From: an uncultured delta proteobacterium
GTDB taxonomy: Bacteria; Desulfobacterota; Desulfobacteria; Desulfobacterales; JAFDCJ01
NCBI GenBank assembly: GCA_963769935.1
Contig: CAVYNY010000009.1
Span: forward strand, 256,001-320,000
Direction: 5' to 3'
Length of the DNA stretch: 64,000 nt
Shown one piece after another: positions 42,532 through 53,344 of the stretch. Made by a program: the position numbers and the translations under genes. The notes under the pieces were generated by a model, which was given only the letters and a program-made list of their open reading frames with translations, ran no database searches and was not told where the DNA came from. The first letter of the stretch is position 1; each line of letters starts with the position of its first letter.

Positions 42532-42882
42532 ATGGGCAACATGACGGTAAATGATCTCGTGGCACGTTTTGACCTGCAGGTTGCGGCCGGTGAAAAAGGC
42601 CTTGAACGTAAAATCGCAGACGGCTACTGCGGCGATCTGCTCAGCGAAATAATGGTCAATGCCCCCGAAGGCTGTGTCTGGTTGACAATTCAGGGACATC
42701 AAAACATTGTGGCGGTCGGCGTCCTGCGTGAAATGGCCGGCATCATCATAACCGGCGGCCGGACACCGGATGATGAAACCCTGCACAAGGCAAATCAGGA
42801 AGGCATTCCTATCCTGCTTTCGCCCGACTCGGCCTATCAACTTGCAGGGCAGCTGTATGCCATCGGAGTGGGCAATCCTTAA
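42532..42882 (+). CDS. DRTGG-domain protein (hydrogenase-operon accessory type)
   Basis: GYCGDLLSEIM, VWLTIQGHQNIVAV. Confidence 0.85.
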   Translation: MGNMTVNDLVARFDLQVAAGEKGLERKIADGYCGDLLSEIMVNAPEGCVWLTIQGHQNIVAVGVLREMAGIIITGGRTPDDETLHKANQEGIPILLSPDSAYQLAGQLYAIGVGNP

Positions 42883-42897
42883 GAAAGAGAATGACGA

Positions 42898-43242
42898 ATG
42901 ACGAATGTCGAAGATACTCTGAAAAAATACAAGGCCGACCTGCACATCCACAGCTGTCTATCGCGCTGCGCGGATTGGGATATGAGTCCCAGACCGATTA
43001 TCCAAAGAAGTCAGGAAGTGGGGCTTGATTTAATTGCGATCTGCGATCATAATACAGCGAAAAATGCCGAGGCAGCCGTGCGCGAAGGCCAAAAAAAGGC
43101 CTTCACGTTCCGCCGGGCATGGAAATCCGCTTTTATTGAAGACCTTGGAAAGGTGTGGACCGTATTCCGGATGGCGGGGCCCACCGTCGAAGAGGTCCGC
43201 CAATCATTATTGCAACTTGACGGAAGGAGGAATGTGGTCTGA
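42898..43242 (+). pseudogene. PHP-domain phosphoesterase remnant (frameshift plus large internal deletion)
   Basis: ADLHIHSCLS, ICDHN, shifted PGMEI, then a jump to the C-terminal FIEDLG...PTVEEV. Confidence 0.8.
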
Positions 43243-43824
43243 TTGCATGAGCTGTCACTTCACATTCTGGATATTGCCGAAAACGGCATTACCGCCGGGG
43301 CCGACTGTATTCAAATTCTGATCAATGAAAATCGAAAGGAAGATTTACTGACGATTGCCATTACGGACAACGGACGAGGTATGCCGGCTGAAAAACTCAA
43401 AAACCCCACCGACCCGTTTATTACTTCCCGCACGACCCGCAAGGTAGGAATGGGTCTGTCGCTGCTGGCCGCAGCGGCCGAGCGATGTGACGGAAGGCTT
43501 GCAATTGAGACTGAAGCCGGCCGCGGGAGCCGGGTTACGGCCACCTTCCGCTACACTCATATTGATCGCGCGCCCGTCGGGGATATGGCCGTAACGATAA
43601 CGACCTTAATTATGGGAAATCCGCGGGTTGATCTTGTTTACCGCCACATTATCGACGCCGAGGAATTCATGCTGGACACCAGGGATCTCAAAGAGGGATC
43701 GGCGGACAATTCCCTGGCGGATCCGGTCATCCTGCATCATTTATCCCAAAGTATCCGCAATTCTCTCAACCGGCTGGCATTAAAAGACGGCACGTCTGAA
43801 CCAACGGAGGATAGTCATGGCTAA
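43243..43824 (+). CDS. HATPase_c ATP-binding protein (hydrogenase-operon accessory type)
   Basis: ELSLHILDIAEN, DNGRGM, RTTRKVGMGL, HIDRAPVGD. Confidence 0.88.
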   Translation: MHELSLHILDIAENGITAGADCIQILINENRKEDLLTIAITDNGRGMPAEKLKNPTDPFITSRTTRKVGMGLSLLAAAAERCDGRLAIETEAGRGSRVTATFRYTHIDRAPVGDMAVTITTLIMGNPRVDLVYRHIIDAEEFMLDTRDLKEGSADNSLADPVILHHLSQSIRNSLNRLALKDGTSEPTEDSHG

Positions 43825-44185
43825 ATTAACAATTGATGATTTGAAAAAAATAAAGGCGGAAACCGCCAAGAGCACTTCCCTGCGTGATGGTGCAGCCAAT
43901 GTAAAAATCACCGTTCACATGGGAACCTGTGGCATTGCCGCCGGAGCGCGTGGGGTGATGAACGCGCTGATGGAGGAGATGGCCCAGACCGATCGCCAGG
44001 ACATTCGGGTGTTCACATCCGGCTGCATGGGCATGTGCAGCAGTGAACCCAACGTAACGGTTGAAATTAAGGGCGCCGCACCGATTGTCTATCAAAAAAT
44101 GGAAGCCAACCGGATGCGCCAGGTGTTTAAACGGCATGTGCTTTTGGGTGAAGTCCAAAAGGACTTCGTGTTGGCGAAGAAGTGA
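43817..44185 (+). CDS. Thioredoxin-like [2Fe-2S] ferredoxin (HydD/HndB-like)
   Basis: MGTCGIAAGAR, GCMGMCSSEP. Confidence 0.9.
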   Translation: MAKLTIDDLKKIKAETAKSTSLRDGAANVKITVHMGTCGIAAGARGVMNALMEEMAQTDRQDIRVFTSGCMGMCSSEPNVTVEIKGAAPIVYQKMEANRMRQVFKRHVLLGEVQKDFVLAKK

Positions 44186-44256
44186 CCATAATACACGACA
44201 AGTTAAAGAATGCTTAATATCCGAGTAAGCAAATAAAGACATACAGGAAGTTTCTT

Positions 44257-45363
44257 ATGAACGTCGACGGAAAAGACATTCGCACGATCTGGCTTGCTGA
44301 AGATCAAAAAGCAGTAAAAATTATCGACCAGCGTAAACTGCCCCATGAATTTATAGTGGTGGATCTGAAAACGGTGGACGACGCCGTCACAGCCATCAAA
44401 GACATGTACGTCAGGGGGGCGCCTCTAATCGGAGCCACCGGAGCTTACGGCGTTTATTTAGCCGCCCTGAACGCACCCGACACCCGCATCGACGATGACT
44501 ATATGACAAAGGCAGCCGAACGCATCAAATCCGCCCGGCCGACGGCCGTCAACCTCGCCTGGGGGGTGGACAGGGTTTTGTCTGCAGTACTGACCACCGC
44601 GGATCCTGCTGCGAAAATTGATGCAGCCCGCCAAGCCGCCGATGCCATCACCGAAGAGGAAGTGGCCAATTGCCGCCGCATCGGCGAGCACGGTTTGACC
44701 CTGATAGAGCAGATCAGCCGCCGGAAGCAAGGGCAGACCGTCAATATTCTCACCCACTGCAATGCCGGATGGCTGGCCTGTATTGAACACGGCACGGCTA
44801 CGGCCCCCATCTATGCCGCCTTTGATCACGGTATTGATATCCACGTCTGGGTGGATGAGACCAGACCGCTCAATCAGGGCACCCGCCTGACAGCCTGGGA
44901 GCTGGGCAAACACGGGGTCCGGCATACCATTATTGCGGACAACGCCGGCGGCTATCTGATGCAGCACGGCAAGGTGGATATAGTGATCGTGGGCACGGAT
45001 CGAACGGCGGTGTCCGGTGACGTCGCCAATAAAATCGGTACCTACTTAAAAGCCCTGGCTGCCTGGGACAATCAGGTGCCCTTCTATGTAGCCCTGCCCT
45101 CCAGCACATTTGACTGGAACATCAAAGACGGCATCAACGAAATCCCCATCGAACAGCGCGATCCGGACGAGATAAGATATGTTTACGGTCTGGCCGGGGA
45201 TCACACCACCCATGTATTGATTTGTCCCCGAGAGAGTCCGGCCGCCAATTTTGCTTTCGATGTCACGCCGGCCAGGTATGTCACCGGATTTATTACCGAG
45301 CGTGGAATCTGCAAGGCCACGGAAGCCGACATCCGCAGGCTGTTTCCGGAAAAAGGCAAATGA
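44257..45363 (+). CDS. mtnA: Methylthioribose-1-phosphate isomerase
   Basis: VRGAP, RPTAVNL, THCNAG, DETRP, NKIGTY, FDVTP. Confidence 0.95.
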   Translation: MNVDGKDIRTIWLAEDQKAVKIIDQRKLPHEFIVVDLKTVDDAVTAIKDMYVRGAPLIGATGAYGVYLAALNAPDTRIDDDYMTKAAERIKSARPTAVNLAWGVDRVLSAVLTTADPAAKIDAARQAADAITEEEVANCRRIGEHGLTLIEQISRRKQGQTVNILTHCNAGWLACIEHGTATAPIYAAFDHGIDIHVWVDETRPLNQGTRLTAWELGKHGVRHTIIADNAGGYLMQHGKVDIVIVGTDRTAVSGDVANKIGTYLKALAAWDNQVPFYVALPSSTFDWNIKDGINEIPIEQRDPDEIRYVYGLAGDHTTHVLICPRESPAANFAFDVTPARYVTGFITERGICKATEADIRRLFPEKGK

Positions 45364-45377
45364 CCTAGAAATAGAAG

Positions 45378-45655
45378 GGGAGAGGGTGAGAGGGTAAGAG
45401 GGTAAGAAGGTAAGAAGGGGGGGAGATGCTGGGAGGCTGGGAAGTTGGGAAGTCGAGAGGCTGAGAGGGTATGAAGCTGAGAAGATCAGAAGATTAGAAG
45501 CTGGGAAGCTGCGAAGCGGATTGGGGCAGTTTTTCGGCATTCCTGTTTCCACAAGCCATCAACTAGTAACTGTCAACCATGAACTATCATCTATCAACTA
45601 TGAACAATGCACTATTAACTCAATAAACCAAATCAACTTAATCAACAAATTAACG
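45378..45655. repeat. Purine-rich octamer array followed by a CTATCAA-like heptamer array
   Basis: GAGAGGGT/AAGAAGGT/GGGAAGCT units; CCATCAA/CTATCAA/CTATGAA units. Confidence 0.75.
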
Positions 45656-45665
45656 AGGATTTGGA

Positions 45666-46148
45666 ATGCTGACCGATCTGGAAAAAAAAATCATTGCTTC
45701 GATACAGGAAGATATGGCGATAACCGCGCGCCCCTATCTTAAAATTTCAGAAAAACTGGGGATCTCTGAAGAGACATTGCTTGAAACTCTGCAAAAACTC
45801 TGTGAACGGGGGATCATCCGTCGTTTCGGCGCAACCCTGCGCCACCAGAAAACAGGGTTTACCGCCAATGCCATGGCCGCCTGGAAGGTTGATGAAGACC
45901 GCGTTGAGACGGTCGGCAACCAGATGGCATCATTCAAACAGGTTTCCCACTGCTACCGCCGCAATCCCACTGACCGCTGGCCCTACAATCTCTACGCCAT
46001 GATTCATGCCAACGACAAAGAATCCTGCCGCCAGGTCGCCCGCCGGATGTCGCGGGAAACAGAGGTTGAAGACTACGCGCTGCTTTTCAGCCGCAAGGAG
46101 CTGAAGAAAATCTCGATGGTATACTTTCCTTCCGATGAAGATGATTGA
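45666..46148 (+). CDS. ahbB: Siroheme decarboxylase subunit (AhbB/NirH, Lrp-like)
   Basis: IIRRFGATLRH, GFTANAM, VSHCYRR, WPYNLYAMIH, ELKK. Confidence 0.85.
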   Translation: MLTDLEKKIIASIQEDMAITARPYLKISEKLGISEETLLETLQKLCERGIIRRFGATLRHQKTGFTANAMAAWKVDEDRVETVGNQMASFKQVSHCYRRNPTDRWPYNLYAMIHANDKESCRQVARRMSRETEVEDYALLFSRKELKKISMVYFPSDEDD

Positions 46149-46458
46149 TGGGAAGGCGGAGGTTATGTCGAATCGTAGGAGTCAAATGGCAGAGCACAAC
46201 CGACTAGAATAAATCCCAAATTCCAAGCACCAAATAACAAAAAAATCTCAAATTACAATGATCAATGACCGAAACCGGCCAAAATAGGAATAAGCAACTG
46301 TATTTTTTTATGTCCAGACTTACATTCCTGAATGATAGAGGATCGCGTATTTATCTAAAGCAATGACTAAAACAGATTAAATCCCGTTTGGAATTTTGTA
46401 TTTGGGTCATTGTAATTTATCGGAAGAATCGTAGAAACCATTAAAAGCCCGGCATATA

Positions 46459-47136
46459 CTATACCTTTTCGTAGGGTGCGTGCCGGATAATTTCCCCTTC
46501 AATCAGGTAGATTACCTCTTCGGCGATATTGGTGGTGTGATCGGCCAGACGCTCAATGTGGCGGGTGATCAGCAGCAAATTGATTAAGTAGCCGATCTTA
46601 TCCGGATTTTCTTTCATCGCCTGTTTGATTTGATCGTAGGCTTCCCTTTTAATTTTGTCGACTTCATCATCCAGCATGACAACCTTGAAGGCGATTTCGG
46701 TATCCAGATTCACCAGGGCATCCAGGCTCATTTTCAGCATGTTTTGGGCTTTTTCCCCCATGGCTGAACAGTCGAAGAAAAAATCGGACAGATCCCGCTT
46801 GGCAATAACATCGATCCGCTCGGCAATGTTAACCGCCTGGTCGCCGATCCTTTCAAGGTCGTTGTTGATTTTGATGACCGCGATCAGAAACCTTAAATCC
46901 ACCGCCACGGGCTGATGCAGGGCGAGAATTTTAAGGCACTCCTCTTCGATTTCAACCTCCATCTCATCAATTTCATAATCGGTCTTAATTATCTGGTGCG
47001 CCAACTCGGCATCATTGTTATCGATTGCATTCAGAGCCATGCGCACTCTTTCTTCGACCATGGCGCCAAGGGAAAGAATCTGCTTTTTAATTTTCTCCAA
47101 TTCGCGGGAGAAATGCTTTCGAATCATTTTTTCCAT
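46459..47136 (-). CDS. phoU: Phosphate signalling protein PhoU
   Basis: QPVAVDLR, DLERIGD, IERLADHTTNIAE. Confidence 0.95.
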   Translation of the reverse strand: MEKMIRKHFSRELEKIKKQILSLGAMVEERVRMALNAIDNNDAELAHQIIKTDYEIDEMEVEIEEECLKILALHQPVAVDLRFLIAVIKINNDLERIGDQAVNIAERIDVIAKRDLSDFFFDCSAMGEKAQNMLKMSLDALVNLDTEIAFKVVMLDDEVDKIKREAYDQIKQAMKENPDKIGYLINLLLITRHIERLADHTTNIAEEVIYLIEGEIIRHAPYEKV

Positions 47137-47262
47137 GGATTTACACCTGTATGCCAATTAATGCGCCCTGAAAAGCAGCACATTCCGGGTTATATAGGGT
47201 TCTTGAAAACCTGAAGCAACTTCACTTTTAAGCGCCTATCACGGTTAACATGCCCATATTTC

Positions 47263-47300
47263 GTTAGAAAATTGTTAGGGCGGTATTAGGAATCGGCTAA
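47263..47300 (-). promoter_or_regulatory. PHO-box-like array upstream of phoU
   Basis: GTTAG/GTTAG/ATTAG/GCTAA at 47263, 47274, 47285, 47296 (11-bp period). Confidence 0.75.
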
Positions 47301-47672
47301 TTCGTTCCGAATGCACCTATATAGTTAGACTTTTAAAAATTAACACACTTTTTTTGAGAAGTCGGATTCCCCTGCAAAGTGATTTTCATCCATATACACT
47401 AAAACAGCCTCCCGCGGCTAATATATTTTTAAATAATTTTTCCGCACCCAAACATCTTAATTACCTCCTGTCTTCAAATATCCTCCAACCATCTTTAACA
47501 CCGCAAAAACGAGGAGTGGAAAAATTAGTGGAAAAATTAGTGAAAAACAAATGAAATCTTAATCATTGTCTAATCCCAGCGCCTTACAATGAATTTGAAT
47601 TTTTAAGGAGGTGCCATGACTAACTCTGCTCCACCTTAGGCAGAGAACCAAACTGATATCAAAGCGATTGCT

Positions 47673-48712
47673 ATGAAAATTCTTTACGGGGTCCAAACCA
47701 CAGGCAACGGGCATATCAGCCGCTCCCGTGAATTGATTCGGGAGCTGAAAAAACTCGGCCACACCGTTCAGGTTCTGCTGAGCGGCCGCAAGCCGACGAT
47801 GCCGTCGTAGCTCAAAGACTTGAGCCCTATCAGAGATTGAAGGGACTGACCTTTTGTACCAATCGCGGCCGGCTCAAATATTTCCAAACCGCATTCAGTT
47901 TAGACTTTGTTCATTTTTATCGCGATATCACCTCATTTAATGGGGCCGGCTTCGATCTGGTAATTACGGATTTTGAACCCATTTCGGCCCGCATCGCCCG
48001 GCGCAAATCGCTTCCGTCCATCGGGGTGGGCCATCAATACGCATTTGTCCACGCTGTCCCATTGGGCGGCGACAACCCTCTGGCCCGTTTTGTCATCAAA
48101 AACTTTGCCCCGGCGGACCATCCGGTCGGACTGCACTGGCACCATTTCAACCGGCCGATTTTACCGCCGATCGTTCCCCAAAAAATCAACGGCAGCGATA
48201 AAAAAATCGACAACAAGATCCTGGTTTATCTGCCCTTTGAACAGCTGGATGATATCCAGGAGTTGCTCAAACCGTTTCGCCGCTGTGAGTTTTTTATCTA
48301 TCACGGCCTGCCCCGGGCCGAGGACCGCGGCAACCTGCATTTACGGCCTTACTCCTGCGCCGGCTTTCTAAATGATTTGATCGAAAGCAGCGGCGTAATC
48401 AGCAATGCCGGATTCGAACTGGCCAGCGAGGCCATGCATTTGGGAAAAAAAATTCTGGTCAAGCCCCTGGTCGGCCAGATGGAGCAAATCTCCAACGCCC
48501 TGGCCCTTACTTCCTTGAAACTGGGCATGGCCATGAACCGCTTGAACAGCGTCAGAGTGGCTCAATTTCTGGATGGGCCGGCCGTGACCCCCATCAAATT
48601 TCCCAATGTCGCCCGCATGATTGTCAAATGGATTGAGAGCGGCCAATGGGAGGATGTGGAAGGTCTGGCCAAGCTGGCATGGGAGCAAACGGTTTTGCCG
48701 GATATTGTATAG
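47673..48712 (+). pseudogene. MJ1255/VC2487-family glycosyltransferase, disrupted
   Basis: MKILYGVQTTGNGHISRSR, TDFEP, NAGFEL, GQMEQ; TAG at 47808-47810 plus a frameshift near 47820. Confidence 0.8.
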
Positions 48713-49217
48713 AGGTTTCAGATGCTCCGTCTCCGACGGACCGCTGGCCTGAAAAACGGCCAATTTGATCAATAAAAGTTAACAATGAACATCGAACATC
48801 GAATGAAGGGATTCTATCGATTTAAATCGCGGTTGCAAACCGCTCCCACAAGAACTTATAATGAAGTTTCATACGAGCGCAACCACCGGCCTGAAAAGTT
48901 TACCCGCCTTGGGAGGGCGGCAGATCTGATCGAAAAGGAAACATAATATTTCACCGCGAAAACGCAGAAATCCGCAACGGCGGATTCCGAGCTTTCGCAA
49001 CGCAGTCAGGCGGGATGCATCGGCGTATAAAATGTGAAGTTGTTTTTGAGTGAGCCCTTAGTGCCTTTATATTAGTCTGGAACTTGGTTTCGTCCCCTCT
49101 TATTTCGAAAGCCGGCCGCCGCGCTGGCCGGCGGGAGGCCTATCCAGAGGAATTTCATCCATTTCCCTCAAATCCAGGGGTGATTTTTGATGAGGGGGAA
49201 AAAAAGCGCATCGTTGT

Positions 49218-49591
49218 ATGATCTGCCGCAGCGTCAATGTCTACTAGGGAACGAAGAACGCCATCAAGATAATTCCCTGGATATCGGGCGCAACGAAGTC
49301 ATTGCCATGATCAGACTCTCCGGCTGCGGCAAATCAACGTTCATCCCTGAAGTCATATTAATGCATGAGCCCTGTTCCGCCCTGGATCCTATTGCCACCG
49401 TTGTCATCGAAGATTTGATCGACGAACTGCGGACCCAGTATTCCATTGCCATCGTCACCCACTCCATGCAGCAAGCTTCCCGCGCTTCACAGCGCACGGC
49501 CTATTTTCATCTGGGCAATCTTATTGAAGTCGGACCCACCGAACGGATATTCACCCGCCCCAGGCACCAATTTTCACTTCGCGGTCCTTGA
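49218..49591 (+). pseudogene. pstB: pstB remnant
   Basis: SGCGKSTF joined directly to [18 protein letters not shown]...VTHSMQQA; signature region deleted; upstream stop and frameshift. Confidence 0.88.
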
Positions 49592-49767
49592 CTTAACCAA
49601 TTCATTCCGTACTATTGGAGAAAGTTTAGTATTTTTTAGATGTCGATGAAGCTCGCGGACTGACCGAGCGCCGGGCCAGGTTCTGCGATTAAGAGTCAGT
49701 CACCAGTGTGTCTGCATCGGTTGAGTCGTAGAGCGTCCTAATTTCCCCCAAAATGAGGAGGTTTAAG

Positions 49768-50046
49768 ATGAAACTGTTCGGAGGCTGTTTAAAAACCGGT
49801 GGAGCCATGGCTATCGGAGCCGGTGTCTTGCTGTTGGCTCCCGTCATCATCCCGGCGGTGGCAAGTGTGTTGAGACCCGCAGCCAAAGCGGTTATCAAGG
49901 GCGGAATCCTGGCCTATGAAAACGCCCGCATCGCGGTGGCGGAAACCAAAGAAACCGTTGAAGACATTGCGGCTGAAGCCCGTTCAGAGATCGCGGCCGA
50001 CCATGAACAGCCGGCCAAAGCCAGCCTTAAAAAAGCAGCCAAATAA
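49768..50046 (+). CDS. DUF5132-like small protein
   Basis: GGAGG RBS; LAPVIIPAVASVLRPAAKAVIKGG...EDIAAEARSE. Confidence 0.75.
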   Translation: MKLFGGCLKTGGAMAIGAGVLLLAPVIIPAVASVLRPAAKAVIKGGILAYENARIAVAETKETVEDIAAEARSEIAADHEQPAKASLKKAAK

Positions 50047-50690
50047 ACGAATCGTTCACACTTGAAAATCGCGACATCAACATTCGGCGCCGCCTGTTTA
50101 CAAAAGGAAAAGGGTTCATAAAAAAGCCTTTGAGACATCTGACATCACGATGCGCATTGGCATATGACAATTTGAATTTGTTCGGGGAAATAAACCATAC
50201 CCTGCATTTAGGTCGGCCAGCTGATGGTCGATGCCGCCCGCTCCCGCGATGCCCGGGTAGGTGTCCGAGCTCGGCCAGACGGTAGACTGTAAACACGCGA
50301 AAGCACCCCACATCAGCAAGAATGTCTATCCCTGCTTCCAAAATAAGTGGGGAACGTGACGGAATTATTAGCGCCAGAAGGCGGAAATGCTGATTTTCGG
50401 TCTTAATCGTTTTTTCCGGCTTCTGGCGTTTGTTTAAAAAAAACCTGCCAAAATCATCTGGCAGGGCCTAATTTTTTTGATCTAATGCTGTTATGTCTTG
50501 AGTATCTTTATGCATCCCTGGTGAATGCCATTAAAGATATATAGCAGAAAGCACAACTTTAGACCTAATAATCAGAAATGATCATATCACAACTTTTTTG
50601 GAGGCTTCATTTTTGCCGATACGTTGGAGAAACCACAAGTTTTAGAACTGAGAAAAAGCTTTTGTTAATCGAAGAATAACTTTATGTTGA

Positions 50691-52589
50691 TTATTCAGGT
50701 AGCCCTGCCTTGCGCAGAGCAGCCACATAACGCTCTATATCAGCTTTATTCTTATAGGGGAGGGTCTTTGCATAATATTCAATAGAGAATTTAGGGTTGA
50801 TCCGGAGGACTTCCTTGGCTGCAGCGGAAGCCTCTGCATGTCGATCCAATGAACTATAACAGGCTGCGAGAAAAGCATGGGCGGGCAAGTAATCGGGGGC
50901 TCCCTGCAGAGCCTTTTTCCATGTGGCTATGGATTCATCAAGCTGCCCTGTCATGAAATAGGCACGGCCCAACCAGTGATAGAATATGACCGGTGGGAAT
51001 GGTTCGAGGCGTATGGCCTTCTTTGCCAATTCAATACTTTCATCCCACCTGCCTGAACAGCCGACGGCCCCGGCCAGAAAAGCATAATTCCCAGCCCCAT
51101 TAGGATTGAGGGCGATAGCCCGCTCCCCTTCAGCGATTGCCTTTTCATACTGACCTTGGAGAAAGTAAACGCCGCCAATCAATAGGTAAGCAAAGTCCGA
51201 GGTGTCATTCAGCTGAATCGCTTTTTGCGCATATTTCAGAGCCATTTTAATAGATTCGGCCCGAGACTCAACCCACCCAAACCTCGCATCGAACCAGTAA
51301 GTCCAACCTATAGCAGCATAGGCAAGATCATACTTAGGGTCCAGGGCAATGGCCTCCTCATATAATCGTCGCGCTGTGGCGTTGTCCTCTTTCGTGTACC
51401 GATAACTATAATCTATTGCTTGCAGAAATTTTTCCCAGGCTCTAAGATTCGTCGTCGTATTTTTATCCCACACGCGGGCTTGCTCACCCTCTGTTAGCTC
51501 CACCCGCAGGGCACTCGTGATCTTTATGGTAATGTCATCTTGAATCGCAAATATGTCTTTTGCTTCACGATCGTAGCCTTCCGACCAAATATGATGCCCT
51601 GTAGTCGCATCGATTAACTGGGCAGTGATCCGAACTCGGTCGGCTGTTCTCTGCACACTGCCTTCCAGCACGTACTTTACCCCTAAATCCTCTGCGACCT
51701 TTTGAACCTTCACGGGTTTCCCTTTGTAGGTAAAAACTGAACTGCGCGAGATCACAAATAGGCCTCGAAGCTTGGACAGTGTGCTGATGATCTGGTCGGT
51801 CAGCCCGTCGCTGAAGTAATCCTGTGCAGGGTCACCACTCATGTTTTCAAAAGGCAACACCGCAATAGAGGGCTTATCCGGTAATGGGTGCGCCATCCTT
51901 GCCACGGATGCCACCTCCACCTCGGAAGGCCGCAAATAAAAGTTCCAAATTGTTGCTATTGCAATCGCCCCAACTAAAACTGCTGCTATCCCAAAGGCGA
52001 TCTTTCGCCATTTTCTTTCCAATGTTTTTTTCGCTTTTACCACTCGATGAGCAGCTGCATCCGGAAACGAAAGCACCCTAAATACGCGGATAGGCCTTGT
52101 AATATTTTTAACCTGATGCTCTCCCAAATCCTCATATTCCAGCCCGAGCTTATTTTCCACCTGATCGTAAGCCCTGCCGGAAATGCAGATGCCCCCTGCT
52201 TCAGCCATCGCTTCCACGCGGGCTGTAATATTAACACCATCACCGTAAATTCGCCCTTCTTCCTCGATAACATCTCCGAGGTTGACCCCGATGCGAAACT
52301 GCATCCTTCGTTTTTCCAGCAGCTCAGTATTGCGTTCAGCAAGCTCACGCTGAATCTCCACAGCACAGTTTACTGCATCCACCACACTGGTAAACTCTGC
52401 CAGGATGTTGTCTCCCGGTGTGTCTATAACACGACCACGGTATTGCTGGACCAGATCATTAATTGCGGTACGGTAAACGGTTAGGGTGCGGACGGTAACT
52501 TCTTCATCGTCGTCCATAAGCCGGCTGTAACCTTGCACATCGGCACTGAGGATGGCGGCGAGCTTACGCTTAAAACCTGCATCTGCCAA
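50691..52589 (-). CDS. Class III adenylate/guanylate cyclase with TM, TolB-like and TPR domains
   Basis: KRKLAAILSADVQGYS, RIGVNLGD, GDGVN, SIAVLPF, TPR repeats. Confidence 0.92.
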   Translation of the reverse strand: MADAGFKRKLAAILSADVQGYSRLMDDDEEVTVRTLTVYRTAINDLVQQYRGRVIDTPGDNILAEFTSVVDAVNCAVEIQRELAERNTELLEKRRMQFRIGVNLGDVIEEEGRIYGDGVNITARVEAMAEAGGICISGRAYDQVENKLGLEYEDLGEHQVKNITRPIRVFRVLSFPDAAAHRVVKAKKTLERKWRKIAFGIAAVLVGAIAIATIWNFYLRPSEVEVASVARMAHPLPDKPSIAVLPFENMSGDPAQDYFSDGLTDQIISTLSKLRGLFVISRSSVFTYKGKPVKVQKVAEDLGVKYVLEGSVQRTADRVRITAQLIDATTGHHIWSEGYDREAKDIFAIQDDITIKITSALRVELTEGEQARVWDKNTTTNLRAWEKFLQAIDYSYRYTKEDNATARRLYEEAIALDPKYDLAYAAIGWTYWFDARFGWVESRAESIKMALKYAQKAIQLNDTSDFAYLLIGGVYFLQGQYEKAIAEGERAIALNPNGAGNYAFLAGAVGCSGRWDESIELAKKAIRLEPFPPVIFYHWLGRAYFMTGQLDESIATWKKALQGAPDYLPAHAFLAACYSSLDRHAEASAAAKEVLRINPKFSIEYYAKTLPYKNKADIERYVAALRKAGLPE

Positions 52590-53023
52590 AACGGCACCTC
52601 CGTTTTTAAGGTTTCAAACAGAGGAACTCATTATATGGATTACTCAAAAAAGCATAAAAATCAGATTAGAAATTGAACTTGATTCTGTAAATGCAAAACC
52701 GCTTCAGGTCAAATGGAATTGGAGCATCGTAAATAGGTTGCGTATTTATATCCAAATCGATGGACTTTTTCAATCAAAATTAGGGATTCTGGAAACTGGT
52801 GATTCATTGAGATAATATGCAAAAACAACACCGCCCAAAACTGTGATATCATAATGGATATCACAGATCTGCTCACTTTTTGTAAAGGTTGATAATTTGA
52901 AATAAAAGGACAGGGTTATTTGCTGACCCTGCCCTTGAGGTTAGTGTTCTCTCCACCTTAATAAATCGACCTGATTCAATAACAAAAATGAGGAATTATT
53001 TTGCACTTAGAAATCCGTTACCT

Positions 53024-53344
53024 CTATGGTGTCTTTTTGCCTATTGATTCCATTGCTTCCTCAATTGTCATCCAAGTGCGAACCTCATAATAGAAACCTT
53101 CAATGTCAAAAAATTCTGCCATAAATTTGGCCGTATAAGCTGCAGCTTCTTCATATTTGCCTGGATGGATTTTACTGGCTGATAACACTCTTAGCCCACA
53201 CTTGTCACTTGTGACTGCCGATTCAACCAGCGGAGTGACCAGACCTTCAGGTCGAGGGTATTTTTCAAGTGCCTTGAGCCAAGCAGCTACAACTTCTTTG
53301 TTTTTAGAGGCGGGATATTGGCTTTCAACAAATATAATTGGCAT
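53024..53344 (-). CDS. Hypothetical protein
   Basis: AAAGGAGG RBS, 106 aa, downstream hairpin at about 52910-52935. Confidence 0.75.
   Translation of the reverse strand: MPIIFVESQYPASKNKEVVAAWLKALEKYPRPEGLVTPLVESAVTSDKCGLRVLSASKIHPGKYEEAAAYTAKFMAEFFDIEGFYYEVRTWMTIEEAMESIGKKTP

Noticed and set aside
47808..47810. In-frame TAG as pyrrolysine
   Set aside because: A frameshift lies about 10 nt downstream and the codon is one change from GAG; pseudogenisation or error is simpler
50255..50310. tRNA-Tyr-like stretch (CCGAGC..GGCCA..AGACTGTAAA)
   Set aside because: No T-arm GTTCRA, no anticodon-stem closure and no acceptor stem
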